Positions 38,097 to 47,698 of a DNA stretch of 64,000 nt are shown in pieces (position 1 is the first letter of the stretch; every line of letters starts with the position of its first letter). The notes beneath the pieces are model-generated. The model saw nothing but the letters and a program-made list of their open reading frames with translations. It did no database searches and was not told the DNA's origin. The DNA is from Alphaproteobacteria bacterium. GTDB lineage: Bacteria > Pseudomonadota > Alphaproteobacteria > UBA828. Both the position numbers and the translations under genes were made by a program. The stretch covers positions 320,001 to 384,000 of the forward strand of contig CBDCCI010000002.1 of NCBI GenBank assembly GCA_965214705.1. The letters run 5' to 3'.

Positions 38097-39214
38097 CCGC
38101 CGCAGCTCCCGACGCTGAGAGAGCCGATGGAGGCATCGGGACCGTGCAGCCCGGTGGACGAGATTCGATCCGCTCGCACGGTCCCGCTTGCCGTCAGCAT
38201 CTCGCCGGCCAGTACCTGCGCAGAGGAGGGGCCGGAAACGGAGGCTGTGCCTGCCACGGCGAGGGTACCTGCGGTGAGCGCGCCGCCGATGGCAACGGAC
38301 GTCCCTTCGAGACGGCCGTTGACCTCCGCCGAGCCCGCCGACACCGGCCCCGCCACCGCGCGCCCCATCAGGAGATCGGCCGAGACGGTGAGCGAGGCCG
38401 CCCCCAGGGCGCCCGTCTCGAGCGATACCGCCTTGAGGCCCCCCGCGCCCGCATCGCCGGTCACGCTGCCGCTGCCGCCGGCTTCGGCATCACCCAAGAC
38501 CGACGCCGTGAATCCCTCGGCATCCGCGATGCCGGTGACGTCGTGACCGCCGGCATCGAGGGCCGTCTCCATCCGGTTCAGGCCGGGGCGGCCCGGTTGT
38601 GCGCGACGGTAGAGAGTCCGGTCGTCGTAGCGCAGCCCTGCGTCCGCCGTGACGTAGAGGCCGTCCGCTGCAAGCGGCCGCCCCAGCGCGGCCTCGATGG
38701 CGGGTACGTGAGCCGCCATCGCCGTCTCCGCGCTGCCGGCCTCGGCGAGCGCCGCCAGACCGGCGGCGACGGCGCCGCTCCGCAAGGCCGGAGCCGCCTC
38801 CGGGCGTGCCGGCTCCAGCACACCGAAGGCCATCGCCACTGGTGGGTTGCCCGGAACACCCCGGCCGTCGTCCACGATGCCGACCGTGAAGGTGGCGTCG
38901 CGGCCCGCCCGCTCGGGCAACCCCGGCGGCACGGCGCCAAGCGCACGCAATGCCGCCGGCGTCAGAACGAAGGCCGGCTCGGTCTGCAGGCGCAGGGCGA
39001 AGCCGTGCTCCTGGCTCGCACGGTGCGCCGCCAGCACCCATTCGCCGAACACCCGTCCCGCCTCGAAGGACGACGCCACCTGCCGCGCCGCATGCTGCGC
39101 CGCGTAGTGGACCGCAAGCCCGACGCCCGCCAGCGCAGCCAGAAGCAGCACCGCCACAAGCGCGCCCGCACCGCAGCGGTATCGCCGGAGCGGTATCATG
39201 CTTCGCATGCTCAT
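38090..39214 (-). CDS. PilV-like minor pilin/adhesin, paralog 2
   Basis: N-terminal hydrophobic helix; LYRRAQPG...NRMETALDAGGHDVTG; ends SCGGC. Confidence 0.7.
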   Translation of the reverse strand: MSMRSMIPLRRYRCGAGALVAVLLLAALAGVGLAVHYAAQHAARQVASSFEAGRVFGEWVLAAHRASQEHGFALRLQTEPAFVLTPAALRALGAVPPGLPERAGRDATFTVGIVDDGRGVPGNPPVAMAFGVLEPARPEAAPALRSGAVAAGLAALAEAGSAETAMAAHVPAIEAALGRPLAADGLYVTADAGLRYDDRTLYRRAQPGRPGLNRMETALDAGGHDVTGIADAEGFTASVLGDAEAGGSGSVTGDAGAGGLKAVSLETGALGAASLTVSADLLMGRAVAGPVSAGSAEVNGRLEGTSVAIGGALTAGTLAVAGTASVSGPSSAQVLAGEMLTASGTVRADRISSTGLHGPDASIGSLSVGSCGGC

Positions 39215-39849
39215 CCGAAGGTGAACCCGATATCGTTGGCGCCGGCGCCGTCGTCGCAGTTGGCCGTCACCTGCGCCACCGTCACCGGCGAGGCCAGGGT
39301 GGTGCCGTTCACGATCATCGAGACGATCCCCGCCCTGGCTCGGGTGCGCCCCGCATAGGCGTCGCCCATCGCCGCGCAGACCTCGTCGTCCACGTCGTTG
39401 AAGGCGATGCGGAACTGGTTGGTGGCCCCGCCCGGCCCGCCGGTCACCGTCACCAGGCCGCCGAAGGGGTGGCGGATCTGCACCGCGCTCCCGCTTACCG
39501 TGCGCGCGCTGTCGGGGATGCCGCCCCTGCGGTCGATGGTGGCGATCAGGTTCGTGTTGTTGCCGTAGGACGGCGCGCCTGCGAAGACGCTCTCCACGTT
39601 GGCGCGCAGCCGGTTGAGCAGGGTCAGTGCCTCGGAGCGGTTGGCGGACTCGCGCGCGGCGTTGTAGAGGCTCACGGCCCCCACGATGGCCACCGCCGCC
39701 AGCGTCAGCCCCAGCAGCACCCCGAAAAGGCTGAAGCCTCGGCGCCAGCGCTTCTGGCGCAGACGCCCCAGGCGCCGCGCGGCGAGCGCCCCCAGGCGTT
39801 CACGGCGCCCCCGGCACGTGCCGCTTCCAGTCTCGATCGTCCCGTCCAT
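39211..39849 (-). CDS. pilS: Type IVb major pilin (PilS-like)
   Basis: GGAGG RBS; long basic leader, RRG|FSLFG, HPFGGLVTV, two Cys in the C-terminal D-region. Confidence 0.85.
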   Translation of the reverse strand: MDGTIETGSGTCRGRRERLGALAARRLGRLRQKRWRRGFSLFGVLLGLTLAAVAIVGAVSLYNAARESANRSEALTLLNRLRANVESVFAGAPSYGNNTNLIATIDRRGGIPDSARTVSGSAVQIRHPFGGLVTVTGGPGGATNQFRIAFNDVDDEVCAAMGDAYAGRTRARAGIVSMIVNGTTLASPVTVAQVTANCDDGAGANDIGFTFG

Positions 39850-39863
39850 GTCTCTGTCCTCCG

Positions 39864-40913
39864 TCAGTACCGGGCGGCCTGTTCCAGGATCGAGAACATC
39901 GCGTCGATGCCCGAGCCCATGACCAGTGCCGCAACAATCAGAAGCGTGCCGTTGAGAAGAGCCGCGCGGGCGCGCAGCAGCTCGTCCGAGCGTCCCACCC
40001 AGCGCTCCACGAAGCGCGCGAGCTTCCTCTCCCACCCCGGCGCTCCGTCGAGCGCCGCCACCACCGGAACCAGGGAGGGGTCCGGGAAGCCGTGGCCTGC
40101 GAGCACCATGCTGCGCCCGAGGCCCACGCCCCGCGCCATGTGCCCCTGGATCGCCGCGATGCGGTGGCGGGCGTAAGGGGAGGCGGCGCGCTTCAGCGCC
40201 TCGAAGGTGCGGTCGTTGACGTCGATGCCCGCCGCGAGGAACTCCATGGTCACGAACAGGAAGGCGGAGCCGGTGAGCGTGCGGTAGAGCGAGAAGGGGG
40301 CGATCCTGTCGAGAACGGTGCGGCCCGGCCCGGTCCAGGCCACCATCGCGGCCGTGACGGCTGCGACGAGACCCAGGAGCGTGGCGCCGAACGCCAGGGT
40401 GTTGGCGTTGAGCCAGACGGAGACGCTGCGGAAGAGGCGTGCGCCGGAGCCCCACTGCTCGGGCGGGCTCACGCTCTCGATGACGGGGATGAAGTGGCCG
40501 CCGGCGGCCCAGAGCATCAGCACCAGGCCCAGTGCCAGCACCAGGGGCATGGCCAGCGCCTTCCACACCGCCGCGACCTGGCGCTCGCGCATCTCCGCGA
40601 CGCGCGCGGCGGCAGCGAACAGCATCGCCGCATCGACGCGCCCGTAGGCGTGGAAGATCATCGCCTCGGAGGCCGGCAGGCTTCCTGCAACGGCATCCGC
40701 GAAGCGGTCCTCCAGCAGCGCCTTGCGCCAGGCCCCGAGGAGCTGCGCCCTGCCGCGCTGACCCTGATCCTTGGCCGCCTGAGCGGCGATCTCCAGCGCA
40801 CGCTCCAGCGAGAACCCCGCGTCCAGCAGGTCGGCCACCATGCGGAAGACGTCCACACGGGCCTTGCGCCCGAGCAGGACCGTGCCCGCGAGTTTCTGTG
40901 CGAGCCGGCTCAT
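39864..40913 (-). CDS. pilR: PilR / GspF-family platform protein
   Basis: Three TMs, PFSLYR, GHGFPDP; between the ATPase and the pilin. Confidence 0.85.
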   Translation of the reverse strand: MSRLAQKLAGTVLLGRKARVDVFRMVADLLDAGFSLERALEIAAQAAKDQGQRGRAQLLGAWRKALLEDRFADAVAGSLPASEAMIFHAYGRVDAAMLFAAAARVAEMRERQVAAVWKALAMPLVLALGLVLMLWAAGGHFIPVIESVSPPEQWGSGARLFRSVSVWLNANTLAFGATLLGLVAAVTAAMVAWTGPGRTVLDRIAPFSLYRTLTGSAFLFVTMEFLAAGIDVNDRTFEALKRAASPYARHRIAAIQGHMARGVGLGRSMVLAGHGFPDPSLVPVVAALDGAPGWERKLARFVERWVGRSDELLRARAALLNGTLLIVAALVMGSGIDAMFSILEQAARY

Positions 40914-42532
40914 GCGGCGTCTTCCCCCGGGGCCGGAAGCGGCGAGGCATCCACAGCCTCCGCCTGGTTCACCCGTGCGCGCTTGCGCAGCGCATCGAAG
41001 GGATCCGCACGGCCGGCCGCCACCAGCGCCCAGATGCGCTCGCCCATGGGCTTGCCGCCCATATGGGTCACCCAGTGCTCCCAGGCGCCCGCCGGGTCGC
41101 GCTGGCGCACGAAGGCCAAGTAAGCCGCATCGGGGCGGATCGCCTCGGCGATCGCGGTCTGGCGCGCATACGCGTTCCACGCCTGCCCCGCGACGGCGGA
41201 TCGCTCCTCCCGGTTGCACGCGGTGCACCCCTGCGGGTTGCGGAAACGCAACCGGGGCCAGTTGCGGAGGTGCCGCCCCAGCCAGTCAGGGACTGCCTTG
41301 CCTCCCGCCGGCTCTTCGAGCGCGCACGCGTCGCAGAGCCTGGGAAGCAGGGTCTGCTTCATCAGCAGCTCGATGTTGCCGGGCTTGCACACCTCGGCGG
41401 TGCCCACGCCCATGTCGAGCAGGCGGAACAGGATGGCATTGGCGGAGTGCACGTGGATGGTGGTCCACACCTGATGGCCGGTGTCGATGAACTGCAGCAC
41501 CTGCCTCGCCGCGTCGGCGTCCCTGATCTCGGAGACCATTCCCGACGCCGGATGAACCCGGCAGAAGTGCATCAGCGCGTCCCGGAAGTGTTTGCCGCGC
41601 TCCTCGCCGGAGCCGGTGGTGGGCACCGCGATCTGCACCGCGCCCGGAATCGGGTATTCCACCGGGTCCTCGATGGTGACCACGTTGAGCTGGCCTTGCG
41701 CCTCCTCCATCTGGAGCGCGAGGTTGGTAGCCAAAGTGGTGGACTTGCCGTCACCGGCCGTGCCGCCGAGGAAGATGCCGCCCCTGAGCGACATGCGGAT
41801 CTCCGAGAACACGGCCGCCTCCTCGGCGGAGAAGCCGAGGCTCTCAAGCGTGGTGCCCTTGGCGATGCGGTCCCGGTAGAAGAGGCGGGCGAAGAGGTGA
41901 TCGCCGTCGGGCTCGTGCGGGCCGCGCTGGCAACGCAGCGCCGAGACGGTAGCGGGCAAGGGCACCTGGCCCCCGGCGCGGACGGAAAAACCTTGGAAGG
42001 CGCTTCTCTGGTAGGAGGTCTGGGCCGAGCCCTCGTCCTTGCAGTGGAAGATGAAGCCCATGACCTCGCGGCCCTCGTCGGCGGGCATGGGGTCTGCGAG
42101 CCGGAGCTTGCGGTCGTTCACGATGCCGTGGACGCAGCAGAGCCCGCCGTCGTTCTCGAAGACGACGTCGCTGGCCTTGGCTGCTGCGGCCTCCTCGAAG
42201 AGGGTGCGCACCTTGTGCGCCGCAGGCGCCTCGCCGCCCGCCGCCTCATGCGCTGCCCGGCGCCAGCACGCGGCGATCTCGTCGAGACTGGCGGTGCGCT
42301 CGATCAGCCGGCTGGGGACACTGCCGTTGCGGCGGAGTTCCATGAGAGCTGCGCGCAGCCTGCGGTCGCTCTCGTAGCCTTCGGCGATCAGGCAGCGGCC
42401 GTCGGCGTACACGGCGCAGACGCGCCTGACCCACTCGTCCATGGCGGGGTGGCGGACGAGGCAGGCGGCTCCCGCCTGCGCCTGCCCGCGCGCCCTGCGG
42501 CCGCCGAGCCACTCTGCGGCGGTGCGCTTCAC
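40910..42532 (-). CDS. pilQ: PilQ / GspE-family assembly ATPase
   Basis: GTAGDGKST, TIEDPVEY, SEIRD, TGHQVWTTIH, CxxC...CxxC. Confidence 0.92.
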   Translation of the reverse strand: MKRTAAEWLGGRRARGQAQAGAACLVRHPAMDEWVRRVCAVYADGRCLIAEGYESDRRLRAALMELRRNGSVPSRLIERTASLDEIAACWRRAAHEAAGGEAPAAHKVRTLFEEAAAAKASDVVFENDGGLCCVHGIVNDRKLRLADPMPADEGREVMGFIFHCKDEGSAQTSYQRSAFQGFSVRAGGQVPLPATVSALRCQRGPHEPDGDHLFARLFYRDRIAKGTTLESLGFSAEEAAVFSEIRMSLRGGIFLGGTAGDGKSTTLATNLALQMEEAQGQLNVVTIEDPVEYPIPGAVQIAVPTTGSGEERGKHFRDALMHFCRVHPASGMVSEIRDADAARQVLQFIDTGHQVWTTIHVHSANAILFRLLDMGVGTAEVCKPGNIELLMKQTLLPRLCDACALEEPAGGKAVPDWLGRHLRNWPRLRFRNPQGCTACNREERSAVAGQAWNAYARQTAIAEAIRPDAAYLAFVRQRDPAGAWEHWVTHMGGKPMGERIWALVAAGRADPFDALRKRARVNQAEAVDASPLPAPGEDAA

Positions 42533-43437
42533 GAGCCGTCTCCCTTGCCATCCCGGCGCGGACCGGTAACGGCGAAAGGACGGGGCCTGTACGGAAGGGC
42601 GCCCTCGACGGCGCCCTCCACGTGCACGCCCGGCGGGCGGGCAACGATGCGCGCCACCGTCACGCCGCCGGGGAGGCTGTCTCCCTCGCGCACGAACCAG
42701 ACCCTCGCGCCACCGTGCCCGGTGCCGTCGCCGATGCCGGCGCGCAGGTCGCCGGCCGTGCCGATGATCGAGAACCAGGCATAGTCTGGCGGCGCGGGGT
42801 CTGCCGGCGCCTCATCCTTGTCCGGCGCCTCTTCGGCCGCCTCGTCCGCGGGCGGCAGCGAGATCACGCGGACCGGCACCGACTCCTTAACTGTAGGGGT
42901 GTCCGCAATCGTGGAGCCGACTTGGCCCCCGGTAGGCCTCGCAGCGCTGCCCCGCGCCTCTGCCAACAATTCCCCGAGCTCGCCTTCAAGGGCGACGATG
43001 CCGTTGACGATCTCCTGGCGCTCGCGGCAGAGCGCCAGGGTCTCGCGCTCGATCGCCAGCGCCGAGACCGCATCCGCCGTCTCGGTCGCCTCCGCCAGAA
43101 GCGCTGCCAACAGCGCGCGCGGACAGCCCTGCAAGACGGCCGCAGGTGCTGCTCCGCCGCTCGCCGGCAAGCCGGCCCCAACCGGATCGGGTTCGCCGAC
43201 AAGTGCCTCCGGCGCCGCCGGCTCCGGAGCCGGCGGCGCCGCCCCCTCGCTCAGCATCCGCAGCAGGCGGCTGTCCGGCATGGCGCCCGCCCCGGCATCC
43301 GCCTCGGCAGCCGCGTGGGCAATCCCGATCGCCGTTGGCGGCAGCGCTGCGGGTTCGCTCGCCGCGGCAGCGCCCGCCGTCAGAGGCGCAGCCAGAAGGC
43401 CGGCGAAGAGAGCCGCACAGCGGACCGGAGCAGTCAT
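42529..43437 (-). CDS. PilP-like pilus biogenesis protein
   Basis: Signal peptide, coiled coil, C-terminal SIIGTAGDLRA...VREGDSLPGGVTVARI. Confidence 0.7.
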   Translation of the reverse strand: MTAPVRCAALFAGLLAAPLTAGAAAASEPAALPPTAIGIAHAAAEADAGAGAMPDSRLLRMLSEGAAPPAPEPAAPEALVGEPDPVGAGLPASGGAAPAAVLQGCPRALLAALLAEATETADAVSALAIERETLALCRERQEIVNGIVALEGELGELLAEARGSAARPTGGQVGSTIADTPTVKESVPVRVISLPPADEAAEEAPDKDEAPADPAPPDYAWFSIIGTAGDLRAGIGDGTGHGGARVWFVREGDSLPGGVTVARIVARPPGVHVEGAVEGALPYRPRPFAVTGPRRDGKGDGS

Positions 43438-43444
43438 CGTCCGG

Positions 43445-44683
43445 TCACTCCCCGCCGCCACCGGCGCCAGGGGCGACCGGATCGATGCCGGGAAGCGCCT
43501 GCTGCCCGGCGGCCAGGCCGCGCCAGGGCCAGGCATAGGTCTCGGCGACCCCGTCGAGCGAGACGTGGAGATGGCCGCGCGACCACCGCCAGCGCCCGCC
43601 GATCTTGCCTCCGTCTGCGGCCTCCACTGTCGCCGTGCCGCCGTCGCCGAAACGCACGGCCACGCCGCCACGATCTCCCAGAGGCAGCGTCACCGGCCGA
43701 TCGGCGGCCAGGAGCCGGTCCGTCAGCACGAAAGCCCCGTAGCGCTCACCCGTCGGCTGCAGCGGGAAGGGGTCGCCCAGGCGGTACTCCAGACGGCGCG
43801 GCAGGCGCTCCCACTGCGCCACGATCCCGGCGCCATCGGCCGCAGGCAGCAGTACCGCCGTGTCGGCTACGTCCCCACGCTCATCCAGCCGCCAGAGCTC
43901 GTCACGCTCGGCTCCCAGCACCAGCACCACGCGCACAGGGGAACTCCTTGGTGCCCCCGCCGGGCTCTCCAGCACGTAGCCGTCGTTGGCGGCCAGGAAG
44001 CGGCCGAGCTCTGCCGCAGTCACCGTCGAACTGCCGCCCGACATCGCCAGCCCGGTCGAGCCGGGCGCGCGCAGCTCCGAGCCGGGGTGCGCACGCACGG
44101 CGGCGTCCGCATCCTGCGCAACCGCCTCCTCCATGAGCGCGGAGACCTGCTTGGCGTTGACCGGAAGGCCGGCGGGAAGATCGAGGTCCGGACAGGCCTG
44201 CTTCAGCGCCTGCGGCCAGCTCTCCTGCACCCAGCCGAGCGAGAGCACGAACCAGGCGCTCCCCCCGACGCTCTCGCTGTGGAGCCGGCCCGTCCCCGGG
44301 TCGTAGAAGATCGGCACGTGGCCCTTCACGTGGCCCGGATCGGGCTCGGTGCCGGCGTCGCGGTAGTTGTAGAGGGCCCGGAAGCGGGGCGAGGACACCA
44401 CGCGCCAGCGGTCGACACGCGCCTGCCAGACGCCGTCGAGGTGGATGCACGCCCGCGCGGTGCCGTCGGCCGCGTGGTGGATGCCCCAGACCAGGCCCCG
44501 GTCGCCCGCATGCGCCGAGTTGGGACGCTCGAGAACCCAGACCCGGTCCGTCAGCAGCTCCGAGAACAACGCCGCATCGTGGGAGCTGTAGTTGGGAGGC
44601 CCGGACTGGGCACTTGCCTCTGCCGCGCCTGCCGCCATGAGAGCGGCCGCCGCCAGGCCCACCATGCTCCGACGCGCCTTCAT
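43445..44683 (-). CDS. Secreted hypothetical protein
   Basis: Signal peptide ASA-Q, Trp-rich globular sequence, ATGA-coupled to the upstream gene. Confidence 0.7.
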   Translation of the reverse strand: MKARRSMVGLAAAALMAAGAAEASAQSGPPNYSSHDAALFSELLTDRVWVLERPNSAHAGDRGLVWGIHHAADGTARACIHLDGVWQARVDRWRVVSSPRFRALYNYRDAGTEPDPGHVKGHVPIFYDPGTGRLHSESVGGSAWFVLSLGWVQESWPQALKQACPDLDLPAGLPVNAKQVSALMEEAVAQDADAAVRAHPGSELRAPGSTGLAMSGGSSTVTAAELGRFLAANDGYVLESPAGAPRSSPVRVVLVLGAERDELWRLDERGDVADTAVLLPAADGAGIVAQWERLPRRLEYRLGDPFPLQPTGERYGAFVLTDRLLAADRPVTLPLGDRGGVAVRFGDGGTATVEAADGGKIGGRWRWSRGHLHVSLDGVAETYAWPWRGLAAGQQALPGIDPVAPGAGGGGE

Positions 44684-46359
44684 GACCGAACCGCCCGGAC
44701 CGGCGCGAGCCAGCGCGCCTCGAGGCGGCGCACCATGGCGACGTAGATGGCGAAGGCACGATCCTTCTCACCGGCGCGGATCGCCGCCACCGCCTCGTCG
44801 ACCCGGTCGCCGATCCAGGTCCAATCCGCGTGAGCGCGGGGGATCGCCGCGACGATGCGGGGCGCGATCTCGTAATACCTGGCCACCAGGGCGCGCCGCT
44901 CCGGCGTCTGCTGCATGTAGCCGTCGCGGAAGGACCTGAGCGCCGTCAGCGTCGGGCCGTCGTCGGCCTCGATGCCCCGCGCGCCTGCCACCGCCTCGGT
45001 GAGGAAGCAGCCGCCATCGCCGCCGCCGCTGCCCGCGCCGGGACCCACGCCCGGCCCCGAGCAGGTGCCGTCGCCGGGGCCGTCCGAGCCGCCGCCATCT
45101 CCGGGTGCAGGCCCGCAACTGCCGTCGCCGGGACCGCCCGTTCCGGGACCGACCCCTCCGGGGCCGCTGCCTCCGGGGCCCGTCCCGCCCGGAGGGCTGA
45201 CCGTCGGCGGCGCTACCGCCACGCAGCCCGTGTCGTCCGCGATCCAGTTGCCCGGGATATCCTGCACCGTCGGCGACGCGTCCCATGGCCACCGGGTCGA
45301 GCGCTCCGTCACCGTCCGGGTCAGCAACACCGTGCCCGTGTACCCCGCAGGGCAGGACTGTTGCGCCGTCTCTGTCCTCAGCGTCTCCGACACCGCGGCC
45401 TGCGGCAAAGCGGGCACATGCCCCTCCCAGCAGCTCGTGGACACGAACTCCGGCGTGCCCCAGGAAACGCCCTCCGCCGTCACCGTCTTCTCGCGCCGCC
45501 AGATCTCCTGTCCGGTCATCTCCCGGTTGTGCGGGGGGCCGGCGAACCAGGTGCACTCCAGCGTGTAGTGCTCCCACTCGCTGTAGTCGGCGCGGCAGTC
45601 GTCGATGAGCACCTGCCAGGAACCGGTGACGGGGGCGCCCGTGGGATCGCCCCGACCGTCGTGGGCCTGGCGGACCTCCCGGGTCATGGTGCGGCCGCCG
45701 CCGTGGCTGCCCGCAGGGCAGTCCTCGACGGTGCGCTCGTGGGAGATACGCTCGCGGCTCTCAAGGTGCGGATCGCGCACCGTGCCGGCGAGCGCCACGC
45801 GGCCGGAGGGCAAGGGGCCGCCGAACGAGGCGTCCGACAGGCATGCGGGCAACGCCACGTCGGCGCGGCCCGCCGTCCCGGTGGCTGAATCCCCTTCCAG
45901 CCAGTGCAGGGCCGGGAGGCCGCCCACCAGGGAGTTTCCCTCTTCGGCATAGAGGTGCGGCGCAACCTGCACCGAGCGGTGATCGCGCCCCACGCCCTTC
46001 AGGGACGCCGGCTCCAAGTAGACGAGAAGAGTGTTCCCGCAGTAGCGCGCACGCACCCCGCGCTCGGTCCAGGCATCGAGCCAGCCCATGGCGGCAGGGG
46101 GCACCGAGCCGGTCCAGCTCACCGCCGCCGCCGAGCGGCGGAGAATGTGGTCCTCCAGGCTCCGCCAGGCCTCGGCGATGGCCGTCGCATGGGCCAACGC
46201 CTCCTGGCGGTAGGCCCGCTCGGCCTCGTACCCCTGCGCCGCCGCAGGCGTCGTGAACGCCGCAACCCCGGCGAGCACCGCCGTGCCCGTCGCGATCGCG
46301 ACCGCGAGCGTGCTGGCTCCGGCCAGAACGCGGGCGCGCAAACGTCGTCTCCTACTCAT
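44680..46359 (-). CDS. Cys-rich secreted protein with C-terminal CFI-box-like domain (putative adhesin)
   Basis: Arg-rich signal; CPAG repeats; Gly/Pro linker; GGCFLTEAV...LRSFRDGYM...YYEIAP. Confidence 0.72.
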   Translation of the reverse strand: MSRRRRLRARVLAGASTLAVAIATGTAVLAGVAAFTTPAAAQGYEAERAYRQEALAHATAIAEAWRSLEDHILRRSAAAVSWTGSVPPAAMGWLDAWTERGVRARYCGNTLLVYLEPASLKGVGRDHRSVQVAPHLYAEEGNSLVGGLPALHWLEGDSATGTAGRADVALPACLSDASFGGPLPSGRVALAGTVRDPHLESRERISHERTVEDCPAGSHGGGRTMTREVRQAHDGRGDPTGAPVTGSWQVLIDDCRADYSEWEHYTLECTWFAGPPHNREMTGQEIWRREKTVTAEGVSWGTPEFVSTSCWEGHVPALPQAAVSETLRTETAQQSCPAGYTGTVLLTRTVTERSTRWPWDASPTVQDIPGNWIADDTGCVAVAPPTVSPPGGTGPGGSGPGGVGPGTGGPGDGSCGPAPGDGGGSDGPGDGTCSGPGVGPGAGSGGGDGGCFLTEAVAGARGIEADDGPTLTALRSFRDGYMQQTPERRALVARYYEIAPRIVAAIPRAHADWTWIGDRVDEAVAAIRAGEKDRAFAIYVAMVRRLEARWLAPVRAVRS

Positions 46360-47698
46360 GATCCGGACTCCCCGTCGTTGGCTGTGCCGGCGCTTGCGTC
46401 GCCGGCCGCTCCGGTGGTTCACCCGCTGGCCGAGCCGCTCGCTGCGCCACTCGCTGCGCCACTCGCTGCGCCAGCCGCTCGAACTCCGAGCCGGGAATGG
46501 ACGCCGGCGCCACGCGCCGTCCTTCCAGGGTCCATTCGCCGGCCGCGTCTTGCGCGAGGCGCACGAGCTCCAGCCCCGGCACGCTCGCGACGGCATCGGC
46601 GAGCCGCTCCGGTGGCCGCCGCGTCGCGATGCGAACCTCGATCCCGTCCGCGCCCTGCTGCGGGTATTCGATGCGGGTTCCGCGGGCGCCGAAGCGGCGG
46701 TCCACCGCGTCCCGGAACTCAAGAAGGGAAGGCGGCACGGCATTCGACAGACGCAGCACGGGTTCCAGAGGAACCACCGCCCAGGCCGCAGCGCCGCTGA
46801 CCTGCGCCGCGTACCAGCCCGAGAGATGCGCCTCTGCGATGCGCCGGTGCAGAGGCTCCGGCCGGCCTGAATCGAGGCGCCAGCGCACCGCCAGCACCGC
46901 CCGGCCTTCGAACTCGGGACGGGCCGCGGTCAGCGCGGCGTACCAGGGCGTTCCCCTGTCGGCGAAGCGGCCCTCGCAGGAGACCCGCTCCGTCCGCCAT
47001 GCCGGCAACCAGGGCGGATGCTCCATGAGCGCCCGGCGGCAGCCCGCGATCAACGCGCCCGAATCCAGCGCGGCCGTCACCGGCGGATCGGCCGGCGCCT
47101 GTTCGACCTCCGCCGCCCGCTCGGGGCCGGCAATCAGACGCCACAGGCTCTCGTGCTCGGACCAGAGAACGACGGAAGCGGCCATGAGAGCGGCCACGCT
47201 CAGAGCGCCCGCCGCCGTGCGCAGCCCAAGCCGTGCCAGAGGCGCAGCGGCAAGGCGCATGGCGGGATCGTCCGCCAGCGCCGCCGGATCGATCCCGGCT
47301 GCCTCGCCGTCCGCGAGCCCCGGCGTCGCATGCAATGCCCAGCCGACGTCGCGGGAGCGTTCGAAGGCTTCCAGGGCCGATGCCCGGTCGGAGAACACCT
47401 CGTCCCCGTCCGCGAGGATCGCCCCGTCCCGCGCCTTCACCAGCGCGAAGCGCCCGTCGTCCGCCTCCACCAGCGCCATCCAGAAGGGCGCTCCGATATG
47501 CGCCTGCAGCGATGCCGCGAGGCTGGGGCAGCCGGCGGGATCGTCCTCGTCGGCCGCATACCCGGTCTGCCCGCCCCAATGGACGTACCAGGGACGGCCG
47601 AAGGCGCGCGCATTCCGCGCCACCGAGGCCGCACCGCCGCGCTCCATCCAGTAGAGCCCCGCGGCGAAGCGCCGGCCGCTGACCGTGAGCACGCTCAC
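46352..47698 (-). CDS. pilO: PilO2-like type IVb pilus protein
   Basis: GRRFAAGLYW, SLAASL, DGAILADGD, central TM; follows the secretin. Confidence 0.78.
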   Translation of the reverse strand: MSVLTVSGRRFAAGLYWMERGGAASVARNARAFGRPWYVHWGGQTGYAADEDDPAGCPSLAASLQAHIGAPFWMALVEADDGRFALVKARDGAILADGDEVFSDRASALEAFERSRDVGWALHATPGLADGEAAGIDPAALADDPAMRLAAAPLARLGLRTAAGALSVAALMAASVVLWSEHESLWRLIAGPERAAEVEQAPADPPVTAALDSGALIAGCRRALMEHPPWLPAWRTERVSCEGRFADRGTPWYAALTAARPEFEGRAVLAVRWRLDSGRPEPLHRRIAEAHLSGWYAAQVSGAAAWAVVPLEPVLRLSNAVPPSLLEFRDAVDRRFGARGTRIEYPQQGADGIEVRIATRRPPERLADAVASVPGLELVRLAQDAAGEWTLEGRRVAPASIPGSEFERLAQRVAQRVAQRAARPAGEPPERPATQAPAQPTTGSPDHE

